A stretch of DNA of 45,085 nucleotides from contig JBCCQY010000060.1 of NCBI GenBank assembly GCA_039208735.1, positions 1 to 45,085 of the forward strand. The letters are read 5' to 3'. Below, in pieces: positions 28,346-37,681 of the stretch. The notes beneath the pieces are model-generated. The model ran no database searches and was not told where the DNA came from. It saw only the letters and a list, made by a program, of their open reading frames with translations. This stretch comes from Myxococcota bacterium. Its GTDB lineage: Bacteria; Myxococcota_A; UBA796; GCA-2862545. Positions within the stretch are counted from its first letter, which is position 1, and each line of letters opens with the position of its first letter. The position numbers were made by a program, and so were the translations under genes.

Positions 28346-28441
28346 GGGGCTCCTTTCGCCAAACGGCCTGTTGGCACCGCAGTAGTCAATCGTCGTGCCG
28401 ATGTCATGCCGATTGAGGCACGAGGTGGGGCCAATGACGCG

Positions 28442-29344
28442 TCATGACTCCTTCGCGGGGGCCCAAGCCTCGCGAAGCGCATCACACACCGCACGTACGC
28501 GCGCAGGCACGTAGCGACGGGTGGGCAGAACGATCCAGACACTCGCGTCGAAGGTGGTCAAGGTGACCGCGAGGTCCTCGAGCAGCACCACCAGGCGACC
28601 TTGTGCGATGGCCTCGTCGACGAGCCAATCGGGCAGCACGGTTACCCCCAAGCCTTGCTCGGCCGCGTCTCGCAGGATTCGGGTGTTGGAGGCGATCAGG
28701 GGCCCTCGGACGGGAACCTCGACGAGGCCATCCGCGGTCCGGAATCGCCACACCGGCGTTTCGTCGAGGGGGAACCGCAACGTCTGGTCAACGGGAAGCG
28801 CGTCGAGCGTGGAGGGCAGGCCGTGCCGCTCGATCCAGTCGGGCGAGGCCACGAGCCGGTAGGTCATGCGCTTCACGCGCTGGGCCACGACGTGGGCATC
28901 GGCTACCTGGCCGAGTCGAACCGCGAAATCGAGTCGGGATTCCAGCAGATCGAGGCGCCGGTCCGTCACCACCCAGTCGAAACGGATGTCGGGGAACTGG
29001 GTGTGCAGGTGGGGAAGGTGCGGGGTCAGGGCTTCCCATGCGAACGAGGTGGGGACGGTGGCCCGTACAGACCCCGCCAGCACCTCGTGAGCATCCTTGG
29101 CGTACCGCGCCGCGTCAGCAAGCCCGGAAACCAAAGGCTCCACCCGGTCAAGGTAGCGCTCCCCGGCTTCGGTGAGCCGAAGGGAGCGAGTGGAGCGCTG
29201 GAGCAGGCGAAACCCCAGTTCATGTTCGAGACCGGTGATCGCTCGCGAGACGGCGGACGGATGCACCCGGGATTGCCGGGCCGCGGCTGCGAAGCTGCCC
29301 TCGCGAACCACCGCAATCAGCAGTTCGAGCTGTTCGACATGCAT
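28442..29344 (-). CDS. LysR family transcriptional regulator
   Basis: GSFAAAAR..SAVSRAITGLEHELGFRLLQRSTRSLRLTEAG. Substrate-binding domain DFAVRLG, GLGVTVLP. Confidence 0.93.
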   Translation of the reverse strand: MHVEQLELLIAVVREGSFAAAARQSRVHPSAVSRAITGLEHELGFRLLQRSTRSLRLTEAGERYLDRVEPLVSGLADAARYAKDAHEVLAGSVRATVPTSFAWEALTPHLPHLHTQFPDIRFDWVVTDRRLDLLESRLDFAVRLGQVADAHVVAQRVKRMTYRLVASPDWIERHGLPSTLDALPVDQTLRFPLDETPVWRFRTADGLVEVPVRGPLIASNTRILRDAAEQGLGVTVLPDWLVDEAIAQGRLVVLLEDLAVTLTTFDASVWIVLPTRRYVPARVRAVCDALREAWAPAKES

Positions 29345-29401
29345 TGCTGCGACTTTCGCATGAATCAATGCAGAATGGAAGTTGGTCGTGCGAATTGTGG
29401 A
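29340..29401. promoter_or_regulatory. Putative LysR binding site(s) in the divergent promoter
   Basis: T-N11-A dyad TGCGA-ctt-TCGCA at 29348-29360, flanked by inverted repeat TGCATTG (29340-46)/CAATGCA (29366-72). Second T-N11-A TGCGAATTGTGGA at 29389-29401. Confidence 0.55.
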
Positions 29402-29443
29402 GCGTCACACTGACGTCGGACAGAACGAACGGAGACGTCGACA

Positions 29444-30283
29444 ATGAACGCAACCTTCCTGGGTCTTGGGGCGATGGGCATCCGAATGGCTCGACGCGCG
29501 GTCGAAGCGGGCCACACGGTGACGGTGAGCAATCGAACGCGGCGCGACGTCGAGGGGGCCAGCTTCGTGGCCACGCCTCGCGAGGCGGTCCGCGAGGCGG
29601 AGGTCGTGATCAGCATGCTCACCGATATTGAGGCTTCACGGACGGTCTGGCAGGACCCTCAAACGGGCGCGTTCGCCGGCATGCGACCCGGCACGGTGGC
29701 GATCGAATCAAGCACCTTGACGCCTGCGGCTACCGTTGCCTTGCAGGACATGGCCCATGCGGCCCAGGTTCGGTTTCTCGAGGCACCGGTGGTGGGCACG
29801 CGCCCGCACGCGGATCAAGGCATCCTCACGGTGTTGGTGGGCGGTGACGGTGCGGTGCTTGAGGACGTGCGGTCGGTGTTGGAATCGTTTGGGAAGGTGG
29901 TCCCTGTGGGGCCGGTGGGCCAAGCCGCAGCATTGAAGTTAGCCATCAACTCCATGTTCGCGGGTCAGGTGGTCCTGCTTTCGGAAGGGCTGGCCTTGCT
30001 TGAGCGCCACGACGTATCGATGGACCGAGGGCTGGGACTTCTCGAGACGACGCCCGTGTTCGCTCCCGTCCTGACGGGCATTGCGGCGCTCCTGCGCGCG
30101 AAGGATGAGGCCCCCCGGTTTCCGGTTGCACTGGTGGAGAAGGATCTGGGCTACGCGGCTCGCCAGGCGGATCTCCCGCTGCTGGAAGCCGTGCGGCGCC
30201 GCTACGCGGCTGCAGTGGAACGGTCATTCGGCGATCGGAACATCCAGGCGGTGGCCCGGTTGGTGCTCGATTCGACCGAGTAA
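29444..30283 (+). CDS. NAD(P)-dependent oxidoreductase, 3-hydroxyisobutyrate dehydrogenase family
   Basis: FLGLGAMG Rossmann motif, IESSTL, FLEAPVVG, ALKLAIN, EKDLGYA. Confidence 0.9.
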   Translation: MNATFLGLGAMGIRMARRAVEAGHTVTVSNRTRRDVEGASFVATPREAVREAEVVISMLTDIEASRTVWQDPQTGAFAGMRPGTVAIESSTLTPAATVALQDMAHAAQVRFLEAPVVGTRPHADQGILTVLVGGDGAVLEDVRSVLESFGKVVPVGPVGQAAALKLAINSMFAGQVVLLSEGLALLERHDVSMDRGLGLLETTPVFAPVLTGIAALLRAKDEAPRFPVALVEKDLGYAARQADLPLLEAVRRRYAAAVERSFGDRNIQAVARLVLDSTE

Positions 30284-30334
30284 GCACGGCGTCGAGGCGC
30301 GGCGGAGGGTACGCTTGTAGGGGAGTGACCGTCC

Positions 30335-31120
30335 ATGAAGCATTGGAGCGTCACGGCGCAGGGCGTCGCAAGCGTCGAAGTGCCCGCTCGAAACTGGATG
30401 GTGGCGCTCGGGCGCGGACTCGACGAACTCGGGCAGGCCGACAGCCTCGAGCGATTGGCGTGCGAGGTGTTGCCTAACGGAACCGTCATCGCGCGCGATG
30501 TGAGTACGGGCACGGGCTATGTCGTGCACGCGGTGGACGCGGAAGGCTCGCCAGACGCCCCCAATCGAGAAGACCATCCGTTGATCGAAGCCGAGGATGC
30601 CGAGGCCGAGTCGGTGTTCGTGGCCGAAGGGCTTCCCGAGCCAGCGGGCTTCGACGTTCGAATTGGCCAGGCCTCGACGACGGCACTTGCCTGCGAGGCG
30701 GCCCTCGAAGCGGCACTGGCCTCCGTTCCTGCAGAGAGTGGAGCGGTGATTCTCCAGGAGCGGGGTTTCCTTCGCTTCAATGCAGTGCATGGGCCAGCGA
30801 GCGCCAAGCTTGCGGGGACACGCTTGCCGCCCGGGAGCGGCGTGGCCGGCTTTGCGATGGCGCATCAACGAACCATTGTCGTGGACAATGCTCAAGTTGA
30901 TGCGCGGCACTGCGCCGATATCGATACGCTGACGGGCTATGTCACTCGCCAAATTGCGGTCATCCCCATTGGAGGGGGAGGCCCCGCAGAGCAAGGTCTC
31001 GCTGATGCGATGGGGGTCATTGAAGTCATGAACCTCACCGATGGGCAGCGGTTCGAGCCCAAACAGCTGGCTGAACTCGAGTGGGTGGCCCGTTGTCTCG
31101 CCGAACGACTCGCACGCTGA
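30335..31120 (+). CDS. GAF domain-containing protein with no output domain
   Basis: AESGAVIL, GSGVAGF, VDNAQVDARH, GYVTRQIAVIPI, GVIEVMN. Small N-terminal beta domain and acidic linker. Confidence 0.85.
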   Translation: MKHWSVTAQGVASVEVPARNWMVALGRGLDELGQADSLERLACEVLPNGTVIARDVSTGTGYVVHAVDAEGSPDAPNREDHPLIEAEDAEAESVFVAEGLPEPAGFDVRIGQASTTALACEAALEAALASVPAESGAVILQERGFLRFNAVHGPASAKLAGTRLPPGSGVAGFAMAHQRTIVVDNAQVDARHCADIDTLTGYVTRQIAVIPIGGGGPAEQGLADAMGVIEVMNLTDGQRFEPKQLAELEWVARCLAERLAR

Positions 31121-31155
31121 ACCGTTTCGCACCGCGGAGGCAAACCGGCACGTCG

Positions 31156-34100
31156 TTAGGTGAGGGACTCGTCGACTTGGGTCTGCAGTGCGTCGGCATC
31201 GTCTTGGAGGCCGAGCTGACCCAGCTGAGCCACGCCCAGTTTGCCGGCGACTCGAATCACGTTGGCCCATCCCGCTTCCGCAGCGATGTTGCAAATGGTC
31301 TGGAGACACCGCGCGGCATCCAGGTCGACCGTGTCGCCCAAACCGAGTTCAGACGCAGACCAGAGCCACTGCCAAGTCTGGGTGTGGTCGCCTCGTCGTG
31401 CGAGAAGCGTGGCCACGATGAGTCGGTAGACCGGCCACATCCAATGACCGGGGAATCGGTCGAGACGAGCGGCGGCTTGCCGCGTTTGGTCGTAGGCCGA
31501 GTCGAGGTCGCCGCGTTCGAGGGCCACCAACGCCAAGCCCAAGCTTGAAAAGATGCCGTCCTCGAAGCGTCCGAGGTTGCGAACGGCCCGCGCATGCTCC
31601 TCGTACAGGCTTTGTGCACGTTCGAGATCACCTCGCCAACGGGCGAGTTCGGCAAGTCCGTACCGGGCTTCGAGACGCAGGTGCACCGCACCGAGTTCCT
31701 CGGCGAGGGCCATCGCCTCGCGGGACAACGCTTCGGCTTCGTCCCAAGCACGTTGCTGTCGGGCGAGGGTGGCCAACCCGATGCGCACCTGGGCGACACC
31801 AAGCGGATTTCCGGCGGCGTCGAGAACCGACTCGGCCTCGCCGTACAGTTCGCGTGCATCGGCGAAGGCGCCGGTGCGGCGGGCGACGTAGGCTCGGCCA
31901 AGGAGGGCCTCTCCGGCTCCTCGCGCGTCGTCTGCCTCTCGGAAGCGATCGAGGACCTGGCCAAACAGCACATCTGCACTTTCGAAGTTGTGCTTCTTCT
32001 GCTCGAGCCATGCCTTGCCGGCGAGTCCGCGGGCCTGCTGAAGCGGAAGGTCTTGGGCCTTGGACTTGTTGAGCGCATCGGCGAACAAGACCTCGGCCGA
32101 CTCTACGTGGCCTTGATCGAGTTCGGCGCTTCCCAGCCCGATCAGCGCATCGGTGAGCCCTGCAATATCGTCGCGCTCTTCGAACCGGTTGCGTGCGGCG
32201 AGGAATTGCTCGGCGGCTCCTGCTGGATCACCCAATGCATCAAGGGCTCGTCCTCTCCAAAGCGCTGCCCACGCCTCGGCGGGATCGGGTGTGTCGAGGG
32301 CTTCGACGGCCTCCATGAGGCGCTTCGTCACGTCGTCGAGTGTCGTGGCGCGCCCGCTGTGCCATGCCTGTTCGCTGGCTCGAATCAGCGGACCCACGGC
32401 AAAGGAGACATCACCTGCGAGCAGCGCGTGGATTCCCGAGAGCCGGTCTGACTCGACCCCTGGCCGCTCCCCGATGCGGGCCCAAGCGCGAGCGAGCCGC
32501 CGGTGCAGGTAGCGTAGGTCGTCGCGGCTCCGCGCCCGATGTCGGACGGCCTGGTAGAGCGCCTTGCCATCGAACGAAAGCCGGTCGCCGCGTTCGACGA
32601 ACAACCCGCAACCCCGCACGAACGCGAGCAGTTCAAGCCCCGCCACCGCTTCGACAAGCGCAACGGGAACGGTCTGCCCGGCGAGGGCGATGAGGTGCAT
32701 GGTGTCTTGGAAGCGCTTTGGATTGCCCGAAGCGATGGAGAGGTTGGCCACCCGAAGTCCAAACACCGCGTCGGCGTCGGCAGGCACCGCCTGATCGACC
32801 TCGACATCGGCTTTGAGGCCATACTTGAGGTCGCCCACCTCTTCGAGCCAGTCCTGTTCCGTCCAGAAGAGAAGCAACTGACGGGCGAATTGGGGGTTTC
32901 CGCCCGAGAGCACCCGTGCGCGCTCGGCCAGATCGTCGGTCAGGTGGAGGGCGTCGGCCAGCACCAGCTGGGTCTGCGATTCGTCAAGGGGTCCCAGATC
33001 GATGCGTTCTGCGCCCGCGTCGACGGCGCGTGCGAGCCGGTCGGCGAGCGCGGGTTGCCCCGACAATTCCTCGCCCCCCACCGTGACAAGGACGAGCCAG
33101 GGAGAGGGCGGTCCACCTTCTCCCCATCGCTGCATGAGGGCTTCTGCGATGGACAATCCCTCGTCGTCGGTCGTCGCCCAATGCACGTCGTCGAGCACCA
33201 TGACTGCGAGACGTCGCCATTCCCGTGCCCGCAGGTGACGATAGATCTCGCGGAGGCCAACCCCGGCGGGAACCGCGTCATCGGGCGAGGGCAAACACCA
33301 CCGAGCCAGATCGCGAGCCACTTGGGGCACCGTTTGGTCCAAGCTTTCGCGTTCCCGTGCGAGTCGTCTGCGAAGCCGGGCTTCGAGGGACTCGGGGGTC
33401 TCGTTGAAGGGCCGCAGCAATTGTCGAGCCGCGCCGACGTACCCGTCTCGGTCCGTGGGGTCGAGGTGGTAGCCGATGCGAACCGTTTCGGCCCAACCAC
33501 CGGTCTCAAGAGTGCGCACGATGTCGTCGACGAGGTAGCTCTTGCCGCTGCCTGCGTCCCCCACCACAAACACCACGCGGCCCGCTCCGGTTTCGATCAC
33601 GTTGCGAGCGATGTCCCAGAGTGCTTGGCGTTGGGTCTCGCGGGCAAGCAGCTGCGGCTCGCGGAGGGCCCAAAGCTGCAATGACGCCGGAGGCCGATGC
33701 GGAGATCGCGCGGGGGGCGGTACGATTTCAGGCAGCGCTTCTGGAAAGGGCCGATTGTAGATCGGCACCACCGCCTTGGTCTCATCGACGAGACCGAGCA
33801 GAGCGCGATCGTCAGGCTCGTCGACCGCCTCATCGTCGTCTGTGTCGGGCTCCTGGGGGAGGGGGGGGCAGCCTGGGGCAATGATGCCCGATTCACCAGC
33901 TTCGAGCTCAACCCCAGCCAGGGCGTCGGCCTCCCCGAGCGCCAGCAGTTCGGTCCGAAGATCTGCGGCGAGATCGTAGCGGCCAAGGGGTTCAGGCCGA
34001 AGGAGGTTGCCCAGCACCTTGCGGAGCCCCGTTGGCACATCGATGCGTGGGAAGAACGCGGGTAACGGAGTGGCGTCCGGGGAGGCTTCTGGCGCGTAGG

Positions 34101-34737
34101 GAAGGTGACCGGTGATCAGCTCCCAGAGGATCACGCCCACTGAGAACAAGTCGGTCCAGGGTCCGGCTTCGCGGGGCTGCCCCAGCGACTGCTCGGGAGC
34201 CATGTAGCCGGGAGTTCCTACGCGTTGTCCCACCGTTTGGGAGGCCACAGACTGAAGGGACGCCAGGCCGAGATCTGCAAGCCAGACATGAGGTTTGTCG
34301 TCGTCGCCCGCATGCAGCAAGACGTTTCGGGGCTTCACGTCCCGATGGAGCACATCGCGCGCATGCAGGTACGCCAGCGCATCGAGCAACTCGAGCGTGA
34401 GACGCCGCAATTCCGACCACGGGGGTGGGTCTTTGCGAAGCTCGAGCAAGTGCCCTCGATCGGCGTAGGCGAGACCCAAGAAGGGCACGTCATCAGGCGT
34501 TCGACCGTGGTCGTGCAACGGCACCACATGAGGATGACTCAAGCGGGCCGACAACCGGATCTCGAGGTCAAACCTACGCTGAAATCCGGGTTCCTTAGCC
34601 AGCTCGGGCCGCACCACTTTCAGCGCGACGGGAACGTCGAGGAGCACGTCGCGGGCAGAAAACACCCGCGCCATGCCGCCTTCGCCGATGGGCGTGGGCG
34701 AGCTGAGCTCATAGCGATCGGGAAGGGTCAGGTCCAT
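31156..34737 (-). CDS. Ser/Thr kinase fused to STAND-like P-loop NTPase and TPR repeats
   Basis: Kinase motifs IGEGGMARV, VALK, HRDVKPRN, DLG, GTPGYMAPE. Walker A GDAGSGKS, Walker B VMVLDDVHW, GGNP motif. Long helical TPR-like C-terminus. Confidence 0.88.
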   Translation of the reverse strand: MDLTLPDRYELSSPTPIGEGGMARVFSARDVLLDVPVALKVVRPELAKEPGFQRRFDLEIRLSARLSHPHVVPLHDHGRTPDDVPFLGLAYADRGHLLELRKDPPPWSELRRLTLELLDALAYLHARDVLHRDVKPRNVLLHAGDDDKPHVWLADLGLASLQSVASQTVGQRVGTPGYMAPEQSLGQPREAGPWTDLFSVGVILWELITGHLPYAPEASPDATPLPAFFPRIDVPTGLRKVLGNLLRPEPLGRYDLAADLRTELLALGEADALAGVELEAGESGIIAPGCPPLPQEPDTDDDEAVDEPDDRALLGLVDETKAVVPIYNRPFPEALPEIVPPPARSPHRPPASLQLWALREPQLLARETQRQALWDIARNVIETGAGRVVFVVGDAGSGKSYLVDDIVRTLETGGWAETVRIGYHLDPTDRDGYVGAARQLLRPFNETPESLEARLRRRLARERESLDQTVPQVARDLARWCLPSPDDAVPAGVGLREIYRHLRAREWRRLAVMVLDDVHWATTDDEGLSIAEALMQRWGEGGPPSPWLVLVTVGGEELSGQPALADRLARAVDAGAERIDLGPLDESQTQLVLADALHLTDDLAERARVLSGGNPQFARQLLLFWTEQDWLEEVGDLKYGLKADVEVDQAVPADADAVFGLRVANLSIASGNPKRFQDTMHLIALAGQTVPVALVEAVAGLELLAFVRGCGLFVERGDRLSFDGKALYQAVRHRARSRDDLRYLHRRLARAWARIGERPGVESDRLSGIHALLAGDVSFAVGPLIRASEQAWHSGRATTLDDVTKRLMEAVEALDTPDPAEAWAALWRGRALDALGDPAGAAEQFLAARNRFEERDDIAGLTDALIGLGSAELDQGHVESAEVLFADALNKSKAQDLPLQQARGLAGKAWLEQKKHNFESADVLFGQVLDRFREADDARGAGEALLGRAYVARRTGAFADARELYGEAESVLDAAGNPLGVAQVRIGLATLARQQRAWDEAEALSREAMALAEELGAVHLRLEARYGLAELARWRGDLERAQSLYEEHARAVRNLGRFEDGIFSSLGLALVALERGDLDSAYDQTRQAAARLDRFPGHWMWPVYRLIVATLLARRGDHTQTWQWLWSASELGLGDTVDLDAARCLQTICNIAAEAGWANVIRVAGKLGVAQLGQLGLQDDADALQTQVDESLT

Positions 34738-34920
34738 GGCGGCGCCAACTTGACCCGCTCTCGAGCGTTTGACGAGGGCTCTACCCGTCCACCTCGTCGA
34801 ACCGCCCGAGCGATCTCGGGTTCAACCTGCGACTGCGAGCCCGACTATGGCACTGCGAATGGTATGGCCTTCACACCGTCGACGCGGGGACGGACGGATC
34901 ACCGAGAAGGAGAAACGACT

Positions 34921-36003
34921 GTGACGATCGGTGTCGCATTGCTCGACTTCGGAGGCCCTCAGGGACCCGATGAGCTGGTGGGCTTCCTCACGGAGCTTCT
35001 GACGGATGTCTTGCCGGGTCCGAAATGGCTCCGGGCAGGTGCGGCCGGGTTCATCGCCCCTCGTCGCGCGAAGATCGTCGGGCCCAACTACGAGGAGATC
35101 GGCTGGTCGCCGTTGGTTCCCACGCATTACGCCCAGGCCGACGCGCTACGGGAACGGCTGGGCCCGGATGGCCCGCCCGTCGCCTCGGGCATGCAGTTCA
35201 CGGCGCCCACGATGGATGACTGTCTGGAAAGCCTCGTGTCGCAAGGCGTGGACCGGTTCATCGCGCTGCCCATGTATCCGCACTACAGCCTCGCCACGAC
35301 GGGAGCAGCGTTCAACTTCTTCTTTGAAGCGTTGGAACGTCGAGGCATGCAGAAGGCACCGGTCCACTGGGTGTCGGCCTACCCCGAGCACCCCGCCTAC
35401 ATCGAAGCGTTGGCCGCAACGATCCGCGAAGGGGCGGAGGCCATGGAAGGGCCGGCGGACGAGCCCATCCACCTGTTGTTCACGCCCCATGGGTTGCCCG
35501 TCTCGTTTGTACAGGGTCAAGGCGACCCCTACCCCGATCACATCCGGTCGACGGTGCGGGCCGTCATCGCGGAATTGGGATGGACTGACCCCTACCACAT
35601 TGGCTGGCAAAGCCGGGTTGGACCTGTGCAGTGGCTCACTCCGGGAACGCCCGAGGTCATGCAGCGCATCAAGGACGCCGGAGGGCGTCGGGTCTGCCTG
35701 GTTCCCATCAGTTTTGCGGCGGAGCACATCGAGACCCTGCATGAGATCGACATCGAGTACCGTGAGGATGCCGAGGCCATGGGCATCGAGTTCTTCGGTC
35801 GGGCGCCGGCCCTCGGCATGCAGCCACGATTCATCGATGCGCTGGCTGACTTGACCCAGGACGCGATCACGTCGTTCGACCGCTACACCTGCGTGCGCTG
35901 CCTGATCCCGAAGCCCGAAGCGCACCGCCGCCGCAAGAACTGTCCAAACTGCCGGTTTACCTTCCCCGATTGGGCCCGGGAGGGTTGGGGAGCATCGTCA
36001 TGA
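34921..36003 (+). CDS. hemH: Ferrochelatase
   Basis: GTG start after AAGGAG. LLDFGGP, LPMYPHYS, HGLP, WQSRVGPVQWLTP, PISFAAEHIETLHEID. Confidence 0.92.
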   Translation: MTIGVALLDFGGPQGPDELVGFLTELLTDVLPGPKWLRAGAAGFIAPRRAKIVGPNYEEIGWSPLVPTHYAQADALRERLGPDGPPVASGMQFTAPTMDDCLESLVSQGVDRFIALPMYPHYSLATTGAAFNFFFEALERRGMQKAPVHWVSAYPEHPAYIEALAATIREGAEAMEGPADEPIHLLFTPHGLPVSFVQGQGDPYPDHIRSTVRAVIAELGWTDPYHIGWQSRVGPVQWLTPGTPEVMQRIKDAGGRRVCLVPISFAAEHIETLHEIDIEYREDAEAMGIEFFGRAPALGMQPRFIDALADLTQDAITSFDRYTCVRCLIPKPEAHRRRKNCPNCRFTFPDWAREGWGASS

Positions 36004-37145
36004 CGGTTCGTGTTGCGACGCTCGGCGATGTGCCAGAGATCCGCGAGGGCCTTCTTGAGGCTCCCGCCATCGCCATCGACACTGAATTTCATGCGGAACG
36101 GCGCTATCTGCCGGCGCTGTTTCTGGTTCAGTTGCGCTTGCCCGACGGGCCCACCTGGATCATCGACCCCCTCGTGGATGGGTTGTTGCCGGGTTTAGCC
36201 GAAGCATTGCGGACGCCCACGTGGATCTTGCACGGCGGCCGATGGGACATGGAGGTGCTTCAAAGCGCCCTGGGAGGGCTCCCCGACCAAGTGTGGGACA
36301 CCCAGATTGCGGCAGGACTGGTCGGAACGTGGTTCCCCGCTCCCTACGCGAGTCTCGTGGAACAGTATCTCGGCGAGAAAGTTGATAAATCGGCCACGTT
36401 ATCGGATTGGAGCCGGCGACCGCTTAGCGACCAGCAAATCGCCTATGCGGCCTCAGATGTGGCGCAGCTCGAAGAGCTTTGGACCCGGCTCGCGGACCGC
36501 CTGCTGGAACTCGGTCGCACCGAGCTGGCCCTCCAAGCGTGTGCGGATGCACGTCAGCAGATTGTCGAGGGACCGGATCCAGACACCGCATGGCGACGTC
36601 TGAAGGCGTCTGCGGCCCTCACGCCACCGCAGTTGGGCGTTCTCCAGGAGATTGCGGCCTGGCGGCTCGAGCGGGCACGGATGATCAACCAGCCCGAACG
36701 AAGCGTGTTGGGAGATGGGTCCATGATCGAGTTGGCCCGTCGTCAGCCCACCACGCGAGGGGCCCTGACCGCGAATCGACGCATCCCCAAGGCCCTCCAC
36801 AAGAATTCCGAGGTGTTGCTCGAACGGATCGCACGCGCGGTCCGTCGGCCGTCGATGGCGTGGCCCAAAGCGATACGTCGCCGAACCCCGGAATGGCAGG
36901 TGGTTGCTTTTCTCGAGGTCTGGGCGATGGCGCTCGGGCATGACTGCTCCTTTGCACCTGGGTTAGTCTTGCCGCGCTCGGTCATTGAGGATGTGGTCCT
37001 CGCAGACGGGGAAGCAGGGATTAAAGCGGCGATTGGGCCATGGCGGGCAGGCCTTGTTTGGCCTGAATTGCTCAATGCCGTCGCCGGACGCGCCGCCCTT
37101 CGACTGGATGCTGGCGCACTTCAGCTTTTTTCGTCTGAAAGTTGA
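36000..37145 (+). CDS. rnd: Ribonuclease D (DEDDy 3'-5' exonuclease plus HRDC)
   Basis: IAIDTEF, WDTQIAA, SDWSRRPLSDQQIAYAASDV, HRDC-like AWRLERARMINQP. ATGA overlap with hemH. Confidence 0.88.
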   Translation: MTVRVATLGDVPEIREGLLEAPAIAIDTEFHAERRYLPALFLVQLRLPDGPTWIIDPLVDGLLPGLAEALRTPTWILHGGRWDMEVLQSALGGLPDQVWDTQIAAGLVGTWFPAPYASLVEQYLGEKVDKSATLSDWSRRPLSDQQIAYAASDVAQLEELWTRLADRLLELGRTELALQACADARQQIVEGPDPDTAWRRLKASAALTPPQLGVLQEIAAWRLERARMINQPERSVLGDGSMIELARRQPTTRGALTANRRIPKALHKNSEVLLERIARAVRRPSMAWPKAIRRRTPEWQVVAFLEVWAMALGHDCSFAPGLVLPRSVIEDVVLADGEAGIKAAIGPWRAGLVWPELLNAVAGRAALRLDAGALQLFSSES

Positions 37146-37200
37146 AGGAGATTTTCCTCCTGCTCATTGCGCGCCTTGGCGCAGGATAAATTTCTCGCCC

Positions 37201-37251
37201 AAAAATTTTTTATGTCGAACTCTTGCGTGGGTTTAGGGCCACCGGTACCTT
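37201..37251 (+). promoter_or_regulatory. Putative sigma70-type promoter with AT-rich UP-like element for flp/tad
   Basis: AAAAATTTTTTAT (37201-13), TTGCGT (37223-28), a 17-nt spacer and TACCTT (37246-51). The AT tract is conspicuous in this high-GC DNA. Confidence 0.4.
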
Positions 37252-37318
37252 CAACTCAGCGGGGGTCAGCACCCCTCCCCCGTTCCATCCCCGGACATCC
37301 CGGAACACGGAGTTCATC

Positions 37319-37480
37319 ATGATCGCTCGCTTCATCCAGGACGAAAATGGCGCCACCGCGATTGAGTACGGCCTCATCGCTTCGCTCGTCGCCGTCGTGA
37401 TCATCACCGGCGTCGGCCTCCTCGGCACCCAGCTGAACGCGGTCTTCACCGGTGTCAGCAACCACCTCACGGCGCCCTAA
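37319..37480 (+). CDS. flp: Flp family type IVb pilin
   Basis: MIARFIQDENG/ATAIEYGLIASLVAVVII has the prepilin cleavage Gly and the E+5/Y+6 Flp motif. GGAG RBS. Confidence 0.95.
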   Translation: MIARFIQDENGATAIEYGLIASLVAVVIITGVGLLGTQLNAVFTGVSNHLTAP

Positions 37481-37541
37481 GGTTGCCGAGCCGGTGGACG
37501 CGATTCGGTGGCCGTTACGCAACCGAAACCGCGATTCCAAG

Positions 37542-37578
37542 AGAAGCACTGTCCGCTGGGCAGTGCTTCTTTCGGTTT
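37542..37578 (+). terminator. Stem-loop after flp (putative intrinsic terminator or mRNA-stabilising hairpin)
   Basis: AGAAGCACTGTCC-gct-GGGCAGTGCTTCT (13-bp stem, one G-U) followed by TTCGGTTT. Confidence 0.65.
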
Positions 37579-37681
37579 GGGGAAGACGTTTCGACTTCGT
37601 TGGACGATAGGCAGACGATCCTGTGCGTGCAGCGCGCGCAGCGGTAGACTACCAGCGGAAAGCTCTGCAGCTGAGGAATGA

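Noticed and set aside
34225..34920. Apparent 232-aa N-terminal extension of HemH
   Set aside because: Mostly antisense to the kinase gene. The RBS and GTG at 34921 match the normal ferrochelatase start.
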